Shown here: piece after piece, positions 25,981 to 34,701 of the stretch
Layout of the letters: each line of letters starts with the position of its first letter
Numbering within the stretch: the first letter of the stretch is position 1
NCBI GenBank assembly: GCA_964487665.1
Contig: CAZARR010000006.1
Coordinates: 1 to 52,050 of the forward strand
Length of the DNA stretch: 52,050 bases
Source: an uncultured Pseudomonadales bacterium
GTDB taxonomy: Bacteria > Patescibacteriota > Microgenomatia > UBA1400 > MFAQ01
Reading direction: 5' to 3'
Notes under the pieces: generated by a model
What the model was told of the DNA's origin: nothing
Database searches by the model: none
What the model saw: the letters and a program-made list of their open reading frames with translations, nothing else
Made by a program: the position numbers and the translations under genes

Positions 25981-26763
25981 ATGAAAAAAACAATTCTGTC
26001 TACCCAACAAAGCGCCCTTCTTGAGGATTTAATCGTCAAGTATGGCCAGATTGTCACTTCCGAGCAGATCTATGCCCAAGGAAAGGACGTGTGGGATCAA
26101 CAAGTGGCTAAAAACGTTGTAACCAGGCTCACTCGCAATGGGTGGCTGATTCGGGTAAAGCGCGGCTTATATGCTATTTCTGATCTAAGCAACCGCGGGT
26201 TTTTGTCTCTCTCGCCCTCTGTAGTGGCCCATCTTCTGGTTCGTGACTCCTACGTCTCTTTTGAGTCAGCTTTGGCTTATCACGGCATGTTTGACCAGCT
26301 TACCAACAAAACTATCTCTATTTCTCAGGTTCAACATAAGTCAGTTCAACTGCAATCAGTTGAGTACAGCTTTGTGAAAGTGCTGGACAAGTGGTTTTTT
26401 GGTTGGGAAGAGGTGGGTATTGATAATAAGACGGTGCGGATGGCCACTGCCGAAAAAGCCTTAATTGACATGATCCAGTTCCATAAAAGTAAATACACCG
26501 TTGATTTAGTGGTGGAAAAGCTCTCTTTGTATAAAGGCTCACTTGACCTACAAAAAATGATTGAGTACTTGGGCAAGATGTCTTTGGCCACCATTAAGAC
26601 ATTTGGTTTCCTGTTTGACCTTTTAGGGATTGATTCTGGTGATATTTATAATCAAGTTAAGTTGAAAGGCACCCACTTGATGTTTTCTGGAGATGCCAAG
26701 TTTAACCCCAAGTGGCGACTCTATTACGACGAATACTTTGATAAATATCAGTCAGTCAAATAG
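25981..26763 (+). CDS. abiEi: Type IV TA antitoxin AbiEi family
   Basis: N-terminal wHTH (LTRNGWLIRVKRGLY), YVSFESALAYHG, ATAEKALID. Confidence 0.88.
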   Translation: MKKTILSTQQSALLEDLIVKYGQIVTSEQIYAQGKDVWDQQVAKNVVTRLTRNGWLIRVKRGLYAISDLSNRGFLSLSPSVVAHLLVRDSYVSFESALAYHGMFDQLTNKTISISQVQHKSVQLQSVEYSFVKVLDKWFFGWEEVGIDNKTVRMATAEKALIDMIQFHKSKYTVDLVVEKLSLYKGSLDLQKMIEYLGKMSLATIKTFGFLFDLLGIDSGDIYNQVKLKGTHLMFSGDAKFNPKWRLYYDEYFDKYQSVK

Positions 26764-26768
26764 TCCCT

Positions 26769-27527
26769 ATGCTTACAAGGCAACAACTCGAAATCATCAA
26801 TCGTAAAAGCTTGCGTTATCCCTTACACATTGCCGAAAAGGATTATTTTCTGGCTCTGGTCATGCAGATTATCGCGGCTTCCTCGACTGGCAAAACTCTT
26901 ATTTTCAAGGGTGGCACCGCCTTGCATCACTGTTACTTGGACCAGTACCGTTTTTCTGAGGACTTGGACTTTTCTTCGAACAAAACGCCATTACCTATCG
27001 AAGATGTGCATAAGATCTTTGAAACAACCGATTATTTGAGTATCAAGAAGGACTATCTTTCCAATGCCACCATCAAACTCGAGAAACTCCAATACACCGG
27101 ACCATTAATCCAGCCCAACTCTCTGAAAGTTGAAATTGATTTCTTGCAAAACGTTTTACTGCCTCCTCGAACCTTGGCTTATCACAACGTTTGGGGTGTG
27201 GATTTTATGGTGGTCGTCATGGATATCAAAGAAATCTGTGCCGAGAAAATCCGAGCTATGAGCGATCGGGCTCGTTACCGTGATTTCTACGATATCTACT
27301 TACTTTTGGAAAAGTACCAGTTGGACTTGGGTGAAATTGTTTCCTATGTTAAGCAAAAAGAGGTCCGTCGACCAATTACCAAAGCCAGCATCCAAACCAA
27401 CTGGCAGGTGATTGCTACCGAAAAAAAGCAGGAAATGGGTCAGATTTACTACTCCAAGCAGGTTGAGGATAGTCAGATGGAAGCACTAATTAAAAGTCTA
27501 CCTTTTGATAGTATTATGGCTGCTTAA
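26769..27527 (+). CDS. abiEii: Type IV TA toxin AbiEii nucleotidyltransferase
   Basis: AEKDY, FKGGTAL, RFSEDLDF, EKIRA...RYRDFYDI. Confidence 0.92.
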   Translation: MLTRQQLEIINRKSLRYPLHIAEKDYFLALVMQIIAASSTGKTLIFKGGTALHHCYLDQYRFSEDLDFSSNKTPLPIEDVHKIFETTDYLSIKKDYLSNATIKLEKLQYTGPLIQPNSLKVEIDFLQNVLLPPRTLAYHNVWGVDFMVVVMDIKEICAEKIRAMSDRARYRDFYDIYLLLEKYQLDLGEIVSYVKQKEVRRPITKASIQTNWQVIATEKKQEMGQIYYSKQVEDSQMEALIKSLPFDSIMAA

Positions 27528-27636
27528 TATTTATGCCAGTAACATAAATCTCGCTTTGGTGAAGACTTAAGTCCGTCTGTTCGATTCGTCGATACAAATC
27601 CCAGTTTCGCCAGTGGGCGACTCGTTGTAAGGGGAT

Positions 27637-28494
27637 TTATAAACCGCCCAGGCCGCCGTGATATGGGTGGGTGAGGTTTCTGGCTTTGGCTTTCTTGGCT
27701 CGGGCTGAACTTGCCTGGTCTGACACTGCGATCTGGTTGAGCACACCTTGTAGACTTTGGTCTGGATCTGTCCAGGTGAGTCCGGTGACTACCCAGATGG
27801 GGTTTACCCCACCACCCTGTCTTCCGCCTTTGCTAAGGGTCGCATATCTGAGCATATGGAGGACGAAGCCCGGTGCTTCGCCTTTGGCAATTTGGGCGGC
27901 CAAGGCGTTCTGGCCGATTATCCCTTCTAGCTCTAGTACCTCGAAAGGTGTCTTTAGTAGTACGCCTGGTCCGGTTATGGATCGGAGATCTGTCTTGAGA
28001 GGTGAGCCAGCTGCATTGTTGAAATCAATTAACTCTGAGGCTGGTACTAACCTGTGACTGCTCGGACCCACTTTGACCCGTCGGATGTCGCGTGACGGGA
28101 GACCGGTCCGGTCGTGGGGGTTGGTTTCCCAGACCTGTGGCATTCCACTCCTAGAGCGTGGGCACTGATGCAGAAGAGTGATGATTCTCTGAACGCTATC
28201 GGGATTGTGAGGAATTTGGAGCCAATCTAGTGCTTGCGCAACTATGCCCGCCAAGTCGGGAAGTTCCAGAACTGCTCTTGCCAGAAGAGCTTCGTTGGCC
28301 CGTGCCAAAACTTCCGTGGCCACTTTGATACCATTTTTGGGAGGATCAGGGTTGGTGAGCTCCCCCAGGGGGAGGGCTATGGTACGGCCGTCGGGACTGG
28401 TTACTGTGGAGATTGGTGCGAACGCAACTTCCTGCCTGGCAACAGGGCCTGTTCTGGCTTCTAAATGGGGTTCGTCTGCGCCTGCTTCAGGCAT
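27637..28494 (-). CDS. Hypothetical protein
   Basis: 285-aa ORF, no recognised motif. Confidence 0.65.
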   Translation of the reverse strand: MPEAGADEPHLEARTGPVARQEVAFAPISTVTSPDGRTIALPLGELTNPDPPKNGIKVATEVLARANEALLARAVLELPDLAGIVAQALDWLQIPHNPDSVQRIITLLHQCPRSRSGMPQVWETNPHDRTGLPSRDIRRVKVGPSSHRLVPASELIDFNNAAGSPLKTDLRSITGPGVLLKTPFEVLELEGIIGQNALAAQIAKGEAPGFVLHMLRYATLSKGGRQGGGVNPIWVVTGLTWTDPDQSLQGVLNQIAVSDQASSARAKKAKARNLTHPYHGGLGGL

Positions 28495-28589
28495 TTTGGC
28501 AATTAAGAGATTTAAATCTGTATCGTGATTTGTAGATATTGTATCATAGTTTATATATTAGAAATCGTTGGGTAGAATTGGTGAAGTTT

Positions 28590-29684
28590 ATGCAACAAAG
28601 TGATATGGGTGAAGACACCCTTAGGTTTGTGGTCACAGAGGGGGATACAATTTATCAGGAGCCTCGGGGGGTGGCAAACGGTGTGGCTGTTGTGGCATAC
28701 GGGTTGCGAGATTCAGAGGCGGAAAAATCTGCCCTGGCGGTTCGTGAAGAGCCGGGATTGGAGTGGTTCGGTAATGCCGGTGCGGCCATTGCAGAAAACA
28801 GTGGTGTCTACTTGCCGGGGGTCAACGACGAATTTGGCGAAGATGATGGTGATCTAGTACAAATACCGGGAGGATATAAATTAATGTTGATGCCGCCAGT
28901 AGGTGATGTGAGAGACAATCAGTTCCCGGTTACGTTTGCGGTAAGGGATCGAAGGGTCGACTGTCTCTTGGATTTGGCTCAGGCGGCCAGCCAGTTTCCT
29001 AAAAAGCCTGAGAGTATCAGTTTAGAAAGTACGGATTCAATTTTGGGTTATTTTGATGGAATTGACAGGCTGGTAAAAGCATCGCCAGGTGTCGAAGGAG
29101 ATCGTCTTAAATTGAGATTGATGCGGGAACTCGAGTGGGTATGGGCGAGTTTGGGAGAGAAGAATAGGTTGGGTCATTTGGACAAAGTAATGACTGAAAT
29201 TTTGGGCCAGCCGGATCATTTAGATATTGGACGCACAACACTACAAGGATGGACAGATTGGGCGCGTGATGGCACAAAGGGCGGGATGGGGGAACTTCTG
29301 GGAGATGTGCACGGCGTCTTCCACTATTGGGCGGCTGAATTGGTCGTGAGGGAAGTAATGAAACTGGTCGAGAGTGAGTTGGAACCGTTGGTTCAGACTG
29401 AGGAAAAGAAGGTCTATGAAGGCAAAGTATTGACGACTTTGGGCCCTATTTTTACTAGGTTGACAGAGACTATCGCGGCTGACGATAGGGTGACTGCGGC
29501 GATATTGTTTCCTTTGGCTAGGGAACTTGACCGGTATGGAGATGGGGTCGCTTTTTGGGTTAATCAAGGGGGTTTTGTTGCAGGGGCAGAAGTGCGAGAG
29601 TATTGGAGCCGTTGGGGGCTGGATTTGTCTGATGTGCAAGCAGAGAGCTGGGTTGGTGAGCCCCCCGAGGATAAATTTTTCTAA
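28590..29684 (+). CDS. Hypothetical acidic protein
   Basis: Long ORF; likely ATG 28590 downstream of TAGAAT. Confidence 0.65.
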   Translation: MQQSDMGEDTLRFVVTEGDTIYQEPRGVANGVAVVAYGLRDSEAEKSALAVREEPGLEWFGNAGAAIAENSGVYLPGVNDEFGEDDGDLVQIPGGYKLMLMPPVGDVRDNQFPVTFAVRDRRVDCLLDLAQAASQFPKKPESISLESTDSILGYFDGIDRLVKASPGVEGDRLKLRLMRELEWVWASLGEKNRLGHLDKVMTEILGQPDHLDIGRTTLQGWTDWARDGTKGGMGELLGDVHGVFHYWAAELVVREVMKLVESELEPLVQTEEKKVYEGKVLTTLGPIFTRLTETIAADDRVTAAILFPLARELDRYGDGVAFWVNQGGFVAGAEVREYWSRWGLDLSDVQAESWVGEPPEDKFF

Positions 29685-29710
29685 AAGATTAATTTTTGGT
29701 TTTACAGCTG

Positions 29711-29748
29711 AAGCCGAGAACGAGATGTGAAATCCCCGTCCTCGGCTT
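29711..29748 (-). terminator. Long hairpin downstream of the GC-rich gene (terminator-like, no clear U-tract)
   Basis: Minus strand AAGCCGAG GACGGGGAT TTCAC ATCTCGTT CTCGGCTT folds with G-U pairs. Confidence 0.5.
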
Positions 29749-29755
29749 CTGGCCG

Positions 29756-30931
29756 CTAAAACGCGGCGAAAACGAAAACGAGCCCGGCGCCGCCGCCCGT
29801 GAGGGCGACGACGCCGACGAAAACGAGGACGCCGGCGGTCACGAGGCCGGCGACCTCGAAGTCAGAAAGCTCCCGAAGGGCCTCGGGGACGAAGATGCTC
29901 CCGGCACGCACCGACCCCTCGGGGGGGGTCGTAAAGATGGGGAACGGTGCCGGTTCGGGGACCGGCACGAATCGGGAGTTGTTGTGGTACTCTCGGTCGG
30001 CCAAGGCCCGCGCCTCGGCCCACTCCCCCGTCGTTGTCGGTTTGTTTTTCTGGAGGCACTGGAAAAACTCCAGCACCTCCTTGCTTGCGGGGTTTCTTTT
30101 GGTGGCGCCGCGAAGTTCGCGGGCCACGCGATCCGCGGGGGCATCGAACGCTGTCGGCGGGGCCCCGATCCCCGTCAACAGCAGGATATGAACCCCCTTT
30201 ACGGTGATTTTCATCACCGTTCGGGTTCCTCCTCCCCGGGTGGCGTAAATGTCAACGCCGTAGGCGGCGGCTGCCGCCACGGCTTCCTCGATCAGGGGGT
30301 AGACGTCCTCTGGGCGTCTACCTCGAACGTGGGCCCAGAAGGCTTTCGCCAACTGGCCCGCCGGGCAGTAGCCCGGCATGATTGTTGTTCCCAGGCTCAC
30401 CACGGTGACGGGGTCACCGGGGTTGAACCCCCAATCCCGGAGGTCGTCCGGGTCGGCCGGCTGGGGTGTCCCCAGCGGGGGGGTGGGCAGGGGGACCGCG
30501 ACGGGGGCGAGGGTGGTGGGGGTGGGTGCATCCGCTCCCTCGAAACGGATGCACCAGAACAGGAACCACTCGACGCAGACGCGTCCTGTGGTTTCGGCGG
30601 TTGTCTGCGCTGCTGCCGGAGCGGCGGTGGGTGGCTCGGGGGGCCGCTCTGGTTGTGGGGGAACGGCCGTGGGGGCCGCGGTGCCCCCGGCAGTTTCCGT
30701 CTCGTTGCTGGCCGGGGCGCTCAGGGCACAGGAGCCCTTCACCACCCAGGCCAGGGGGAGGCCCGTTGTTTTTTTGCAGGAACTGGAGCACAACAGGCTC
30801 CGGCCCTGCGAGTCGGTGGCGGCCTGCCCGCGCGTTTGGCACGCGACGGGCGAGTCCGCCGAAGCGGCGGTCGGCAGCCCTCCGAAGAGGACCGCCGTGA
30901 TCAAAAATACTACGACTAACTTGCTGCGCAT
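29756..30931 (-). CDS. GC-rich exported protein: signal peptide, Cys-containing domain, Pro/Thr linkers, C-terminal hydrophobic anchor
   Basis: AGGAGG 6 nt before ATG 30931; MRSKLVVVFLITAVLFGG...ASA signal; 44/60 G+C at 29761-29820 by hand count. Confidence 0.7.
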   Translation of the reverse strand: MRSKLVVVFLITAVLFGGLPTAASADSPVACQTRGQAATDSQGRSLLCSSSCKKTTGLPLAWVVKGSCALSAPASNETETAGGTAAPTAVPPQPERPPEPPTAAPAAAQTTAETTGRVCVEWFLFWCIRFEGADAPTPTTLAPVAVPLPTPPLGTPQPADPDDLRDWGFNPGDPVTVVSLGTTIMPGYCPAGQLAKAFWAHVRGRRPEDVYPLIEEAVAAAAAYGVDIYATRGGGTRTVMKITVKGVHILLLTGIGAPPTAFDAPADRVARELRGATKRNPASKEVLEFFQCLQKNKPTTTGEWAEARALADREYHNNSRFVPVPEPAPFPIFTTPPEGSVRAGSIFVPEALRELSDFEVAGLVTAGVLVFVGVVALTGGGAGLVFVFAAF

Positions 30932-31317
30932 GGTTTTCCTCCTTTGCGCATTCATGGCCCCGATGGGCCGGCGATGCCAGGTAATGTTTAGTGTCCCCCT
31001 GGTTGGGACGATAGTTTCCTGCAAGCGTAGTTGCCGCAGGCTCGAGTGGGGGTCGGGGAGACCAACCCTCTTTCGAGCCCGTGGCTAAAACACTATAGGT
31101 TTGACTACACAGTAAACTCGTTCTCGGCTTGTCAAAGTACATCCCGCACTAAGATGCGGGGTTATTTATACAAAAAAACCGTGCGGGGGATTGGCTATTG
31201 GTCAATCGGCACAGTCAGGTTGTATATGGGTATGTATTTATTACATACTTGGGGGAAAAAGTCAAGTGGAAGTTACAGGCTAGTTCCCCAGAACACTTTA
31301 GCATATTCGAACAGTCA

Positions 31318-31366
31318 AATATATTGGGGGGTTCAAGCATAAAACCATAGAATATACTGGGGGGTT
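31318..31366. repeat. 16-bp direct repeat pair with 33-bp period
   Basis: AATATATTGGGGGGTT 31318-31333 and AATATACTGGGGGGTT 31351-31366. Confidence 0.75.
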
Positions 31367-31431
31367 AAGGCCTGAAGCTCTGTCTGTGTCGCTTCGCTAA
31401 AGTCAGTTTTCTTGGGGGCTGATATTTTAGG

Positions 31432-31743
31432 CTAAAGAAGTTTGACTCCGGTTGCCTTTATTTGCTTAGCGAGCAGGTTGTTTGCGTCGTCGAAGTCACG
31501 AGGAGAGAAGGGGTGTGGCTCGATTAGCTCTGATATGTGGTGGGTAAGATGGAGTAATCGGACTCTTTCGGATTGTCTATCGTGACCAAATTGAGTCGAG
31601 ACAATACATGTGTCGATATCGCTAAAGCGATGCTGCGTCCCCCTTACGCGAGAGCCAAAAACATACGCCGATTGGACTTTGATGCCAGAATCAATAACAG
31701 CCTTGAGATATTTCTGGGCAGTAACCAGATCGGTTTTGTTCAT
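31432..31743 (-). CDS. Minimal nucleotidyltransferase (MNT)
   Basis: YVFGSRVRG...SDIDT motif. Confidence 0.9.
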   Translation of the reverse strand: MNKTDLVTAQKYLKAVIDSGIKVQSAYVFGSRVRGTQHRFSDIDTCIVSTQFGHDRQSERVRLLHLTHHISELIEPHPFSPRDFDDANNLLAKQIKATGVKLL

Positions 31744-32129
31744 ATACTCAGACTAGAAGTAAAGATTTTATAAAAGTGTTTGCACACAGCGATCCAGATG
31801 GTGGCGTATGTCTTGGTGGCCTTGTTGTGAAAGGAAAATTTGTAGTCGTCGTAACGGGCTTCAATGTTGAAGGTTTTAATTTCGTCTAATTGGTTCGTTT
31901 CATCTTCTTTTAGTTTAATTCCAGCTTGTTTTGTTAGTAAGGTGAGGTTGTGGATCCAAGGAATTTCTTTTCCAAGTTGGGCGATCCTTGCCTTTAGGGT
32001 CTTTTCCAATACTAAATGCCATAAAAACAGGCACCAATCGTATCTACCTGAGTCGAATAAAAGCATGGCCGTTTCAAGATCTGCTTTTGCGCTATCTAGC
32101 CAGTATTTTGCTTTCTCTTCGCGATTCAT
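31740..32129 (-). CDS. HEPN domain protein
   Basis: AKADLETA...YDWCLF...VLEKTLKA, IHNL, ARYDD; paired with MNT. Confidence 0.88.
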   Translation of the reverse strand: MNREEKAKYWLDSAKADLETAMLLFDSGRYDWCLFLWHLVLEKTLKARIAQLGKEIPWIHNLTLLTKQAGIKLKEDETNQLDEIKTFNIEARYDDYKFSFHNKATKTYATIWIAVCKHFYKIFTSSLSI

Positions 32130-32353
32130 CCTCGTTAATTTTATCACGACGATTTGGATAAAAAGGTCGGGGAACAGCTGTTTTTGTCCTGCCGGTAGGA
32201 CAATAATATGCTGAAATCGTCCTATGGACAGTTTTCCCAGAACACTTTTGTTGGAGTAAACGGAAAGTAAGTTGTCCGCTGTGAAAGTTAGCGCGTTGTT
32301 GTTTGACCCTCTTCTTGTGTATTGTGATCTAGTCTGGGAAAATTGGCCCGCTA

Positions 32354-33418
32354 ATGTTTGATAAATTTTGGAAATTAATCACTATGGATGTGGGCATCGA
32401 TTTGGGGACGGCCAATACGGTGGTGCATGTCAGGGGAAAGGGGGTAGTGATTCGCCAGCCAAGTGTGGTGGCCAGGGGAGCAAAAAACAAAGAAATATTG
32501 GCTATTGGGGACGAGGCCAAAAAGATGCTAGGTAAAAACCCCGTGGGGATAGAGGTGGTTCGCCCCTTGCGCGATGGTGTGATCGCTGATTTTGATGCTG
32601 CAGAGGCAATGTTGAAGCACTATATCAGACAGGTTCATGACTTGTACAAAGGTTGGGGGTTCAAGGTGTCTCGGCCTACCGTGGCTATTGGGATCCCCTC
32701 TGGGGTGACCGAGGTAGAGAGGCGAGCGGTTCAAGAGGCGGCTTTGACCGCAGGAGCTAGGCGGGCATTTTTGATCGAGGAACCAATGGCAGCGGCAATC
32801 GGTGCTGGTTTGCCAGTAGAAAAAGCCGAAGGGCAGATGATTATTGATATTGGCGGGGGGACAACAGAAATCGGAGTAATTTCTCTGGGTGGGCTGGTGC
32901 TGAACAAAAGTTTACGGATTGCCGGGGACGAACTGACCGAGGTGGTGTCGAATTATGTGCGCATGAAACACGAATTGCTTTTGGGCGAGGCGACGTCTGA
33001 GGAGGTAAAGATCGAGGTAGGGTCAGCTCACGAGCTAAAGACCGAGATCGAGGGCAAACCCTTGCTGGTAGTTGTGCGGGGTAGAAGCCTGCGAGATGGA
33101 CTACCGAAGTCTCTCAAGCTGAACAGTGTGGAAATCCGCGAGGCGCTGATGCCGGTAATACAGCAAATATTGTCCGAGATTACTCTAATTATCGAAGAAA
33201 CTCCGCCAGAGTTGGTGTCGGACATCTTGGCTAAAGGTATCGTGATGGCTGGGGGTGGAAGTTTAATCAGGGGGTTAGACAAGCTGATCAGCGAAGAAAC
33301 GGGAATGCCTGTTTGGGTCACTGACAAGCCAATGGAGGCGGTGGTGCGAGGCTGCGCCAAGGTGCTAGAGGACGAAAGTTTGTTGAAAAAAGTGCGCGTG
33401 ACCGGGGGATTAAGATAA
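32354..33418 (+). CDS. mreB: Rod shape-determining protein MreB
   Basis: GIDLGTANT, IEEPMAAAIGAG, DIGGGTTE, AGGGSL. Confidence 0.97.
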   Translation: MFDKFWKLITMDVGIDLGTANTVVHVRGKGVVIRQPSVVARGAKNKEILAIGDEAKKMLGKNPVGIEVVRPLRDGVIADFDAAEAMLKHYIRQVHDLYKGWGFKVSRPTVAIGIPSGVTEVERRAVQEAALTAGARRAFLIEEPMAAAIGAGLPVEKAEGQMIIDIGGGTTEIGVISLGGLVLNKSLRIAGDELTEVVSNYVRMKHELLLGEATSEEVKIEVGSAHELKTEIEGKPLLVVVRGRSLRDGLPKSLKLNSVEIREALMPVIQQILSEITLIIEETPPELVSDILAKGIVMAGGGSLIRGLDKLISEETGMPVWVTDKPMEAVVRGCAKVLEDESLLKKVRVTGGLR

Positions 33419-33440
33419 CCTATAGTTGTATAATAGGGGT

Positions 33441-34676
33441 ATGTCTAGGGAGTTTTTCATTTCTGCGTTGGCAGGCACACGACAACGACTCGACGGACCC
33501 GAGTTTAGACGTCTGGCATTGAAAGACCAATCCGGCTTACTGTTGGGATTGTTCTCCCGGGAATCGACCGTGTTGGCGCACCTTAGTGGGGAGTCTCTGG
33601 GTTCCATAGCACCACTGGCTAATAGTTTACCGACTCCATTTTGGACAGGTATTCACCCATTAGTTGAGGAGAAGTTGTGGCACGAGAGTGCTCTGTCTGG
33701 CGGTAAAGAAAGATTGGGAAGGGAGGTCAGGCGCGCAGTGAGGACAAAAATCGTTGAGGTGGAACCGGGGGTTGATAAAAATTCAATGAATGCTCAAGTT
33801 CACTTGCTTGAGGAGTTGTTGCCCTCCGGAAGTTTGTGGGGAGTGTTTTTTACTAAAGGGACAAGATCTATTTGGAAGAGTGTTCCTCTGGTAAACGCCT
33901 TTTGCGCTAATGCGCACCAGATGAGTTTGCCAGACATTGTTGGGAGAAATATGGGAGGCTTTAACATGGTTTTGTTGACAGATAATCGTTCTGAGTTATA
34001 TCCGGAGGAATGGGAGAAGCCGTTTTTATTTAATTTTAAAGGTTGCCAGGGGGAGGTGGACCCAACTAATTTGTGGATAGTACTTCACCAGGTTGGCCAT
34101 TGCTTAGTATTACCGACTTGTTGGGAATACATAGATAGAACTTACAGCTTAATTTCGGCTGAAGAATTAGTGAAGCTAACCGAAATGCGACTACGGTGTT
34201 TGAATATGTGGTTACTAGATTATTATCAATTGAATGGCCGAAGCTATAATCCTGACTCGGCATCGTTTTTGTATGAGGTAAAGGTCGCGGAAAGGGCATT
34301 AATGACGGCAAAGCATTATAGACTAGACCCACTTGCACCCGGTGATCTAAATTTGGACGAGCTCTATTGGTTTCGAGGTTTACATCTGGAAAGGCTAAGC
34401 AGGATGATGGGGGTAGAGAAGGGCTTGTTGTTGGCTGGTGTGATGAAAATGGATGGGTATCTTGTAAGTAACCATACAACGCCACCGACTGATGGTTGGC
34501 AAAATAGTGTTTGTTTTTCAACTGATATTGGAACTCATCCACTTGAGGAAGTTGTGGTCGATATGTTGATGAAGAGAAGGTGCGGGGTATTACCTGGCAG
34601 ATATCAATACTGGAACGAATATTTGGAAATGGTTTTGGGCTTCTGGAAAAGATGGGATTCAACTTTTGAATTTTAA
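33441..34676 (+). CDS. Hypothetical protein (HQxxH motif)
   Basis: TATAAT 6 nt before ATG 33441; IVLHQVGH. Confidence 0.65.
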   Translation: MSREFFISALAGTRQRLDGPEFRRLALKDQSGLLLGLFSRESTVLAHLSGESLGSIAPLANSLPTPFWTGIHPLVEEKLWHESALSGGKERLGREVRRAVRTKIVEVEPGVDKNSMNAQVHLLEELLPSGSLWGVFFTKGTRSIWKSVPLVNAFCANAHQMSLPDIVGRNMGGFNMVLLTDNRSELYPEEWEKPFLFNFKGCQGEVDPTNLWIVLHQVGHCLVLPTCWEYIDRTYSLISAEELVKLTEMRLRCLNMWLLDYYQLNGRSYNPDSASFLYEVKVAERALMTAKHYRLDPLAPGDLNLDELYWFRGLHLERLSRMMGVEKGLLLAGVMKMDGYLVSNHTTPPTDGWQNSVCFSTDIGTHPLEEVVVDMLMKRRCGVLPGRYQYWNEYLEMVLGFWKRWDSTFEF

Positions 34677-34701
34677 TTATTTCGTCTGTTACTATTATGT
34701 G

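Larger units (their letters stand above)
29711..31130. repeat. Perfect 14-bp inverted repeat bracketing the GC-rich gene
   Basis: AAGCCGAGAACGAG at 29711-29724 and its reverse complement CTCGTTCTCGGCTT at 31117-31130. Confidence 0.8.

Noticed and set aside
29696-31342. Multiple long alternative-frame ORFs over the GC-rich tract
   Set aside because: Expected shadows of high GC; only the frame with a signal peptide and AGGAGG is supported
31244-31420. CRISPR array
   Set aside because: Only two short repeats with a 17-nt spacer, and no cas genes
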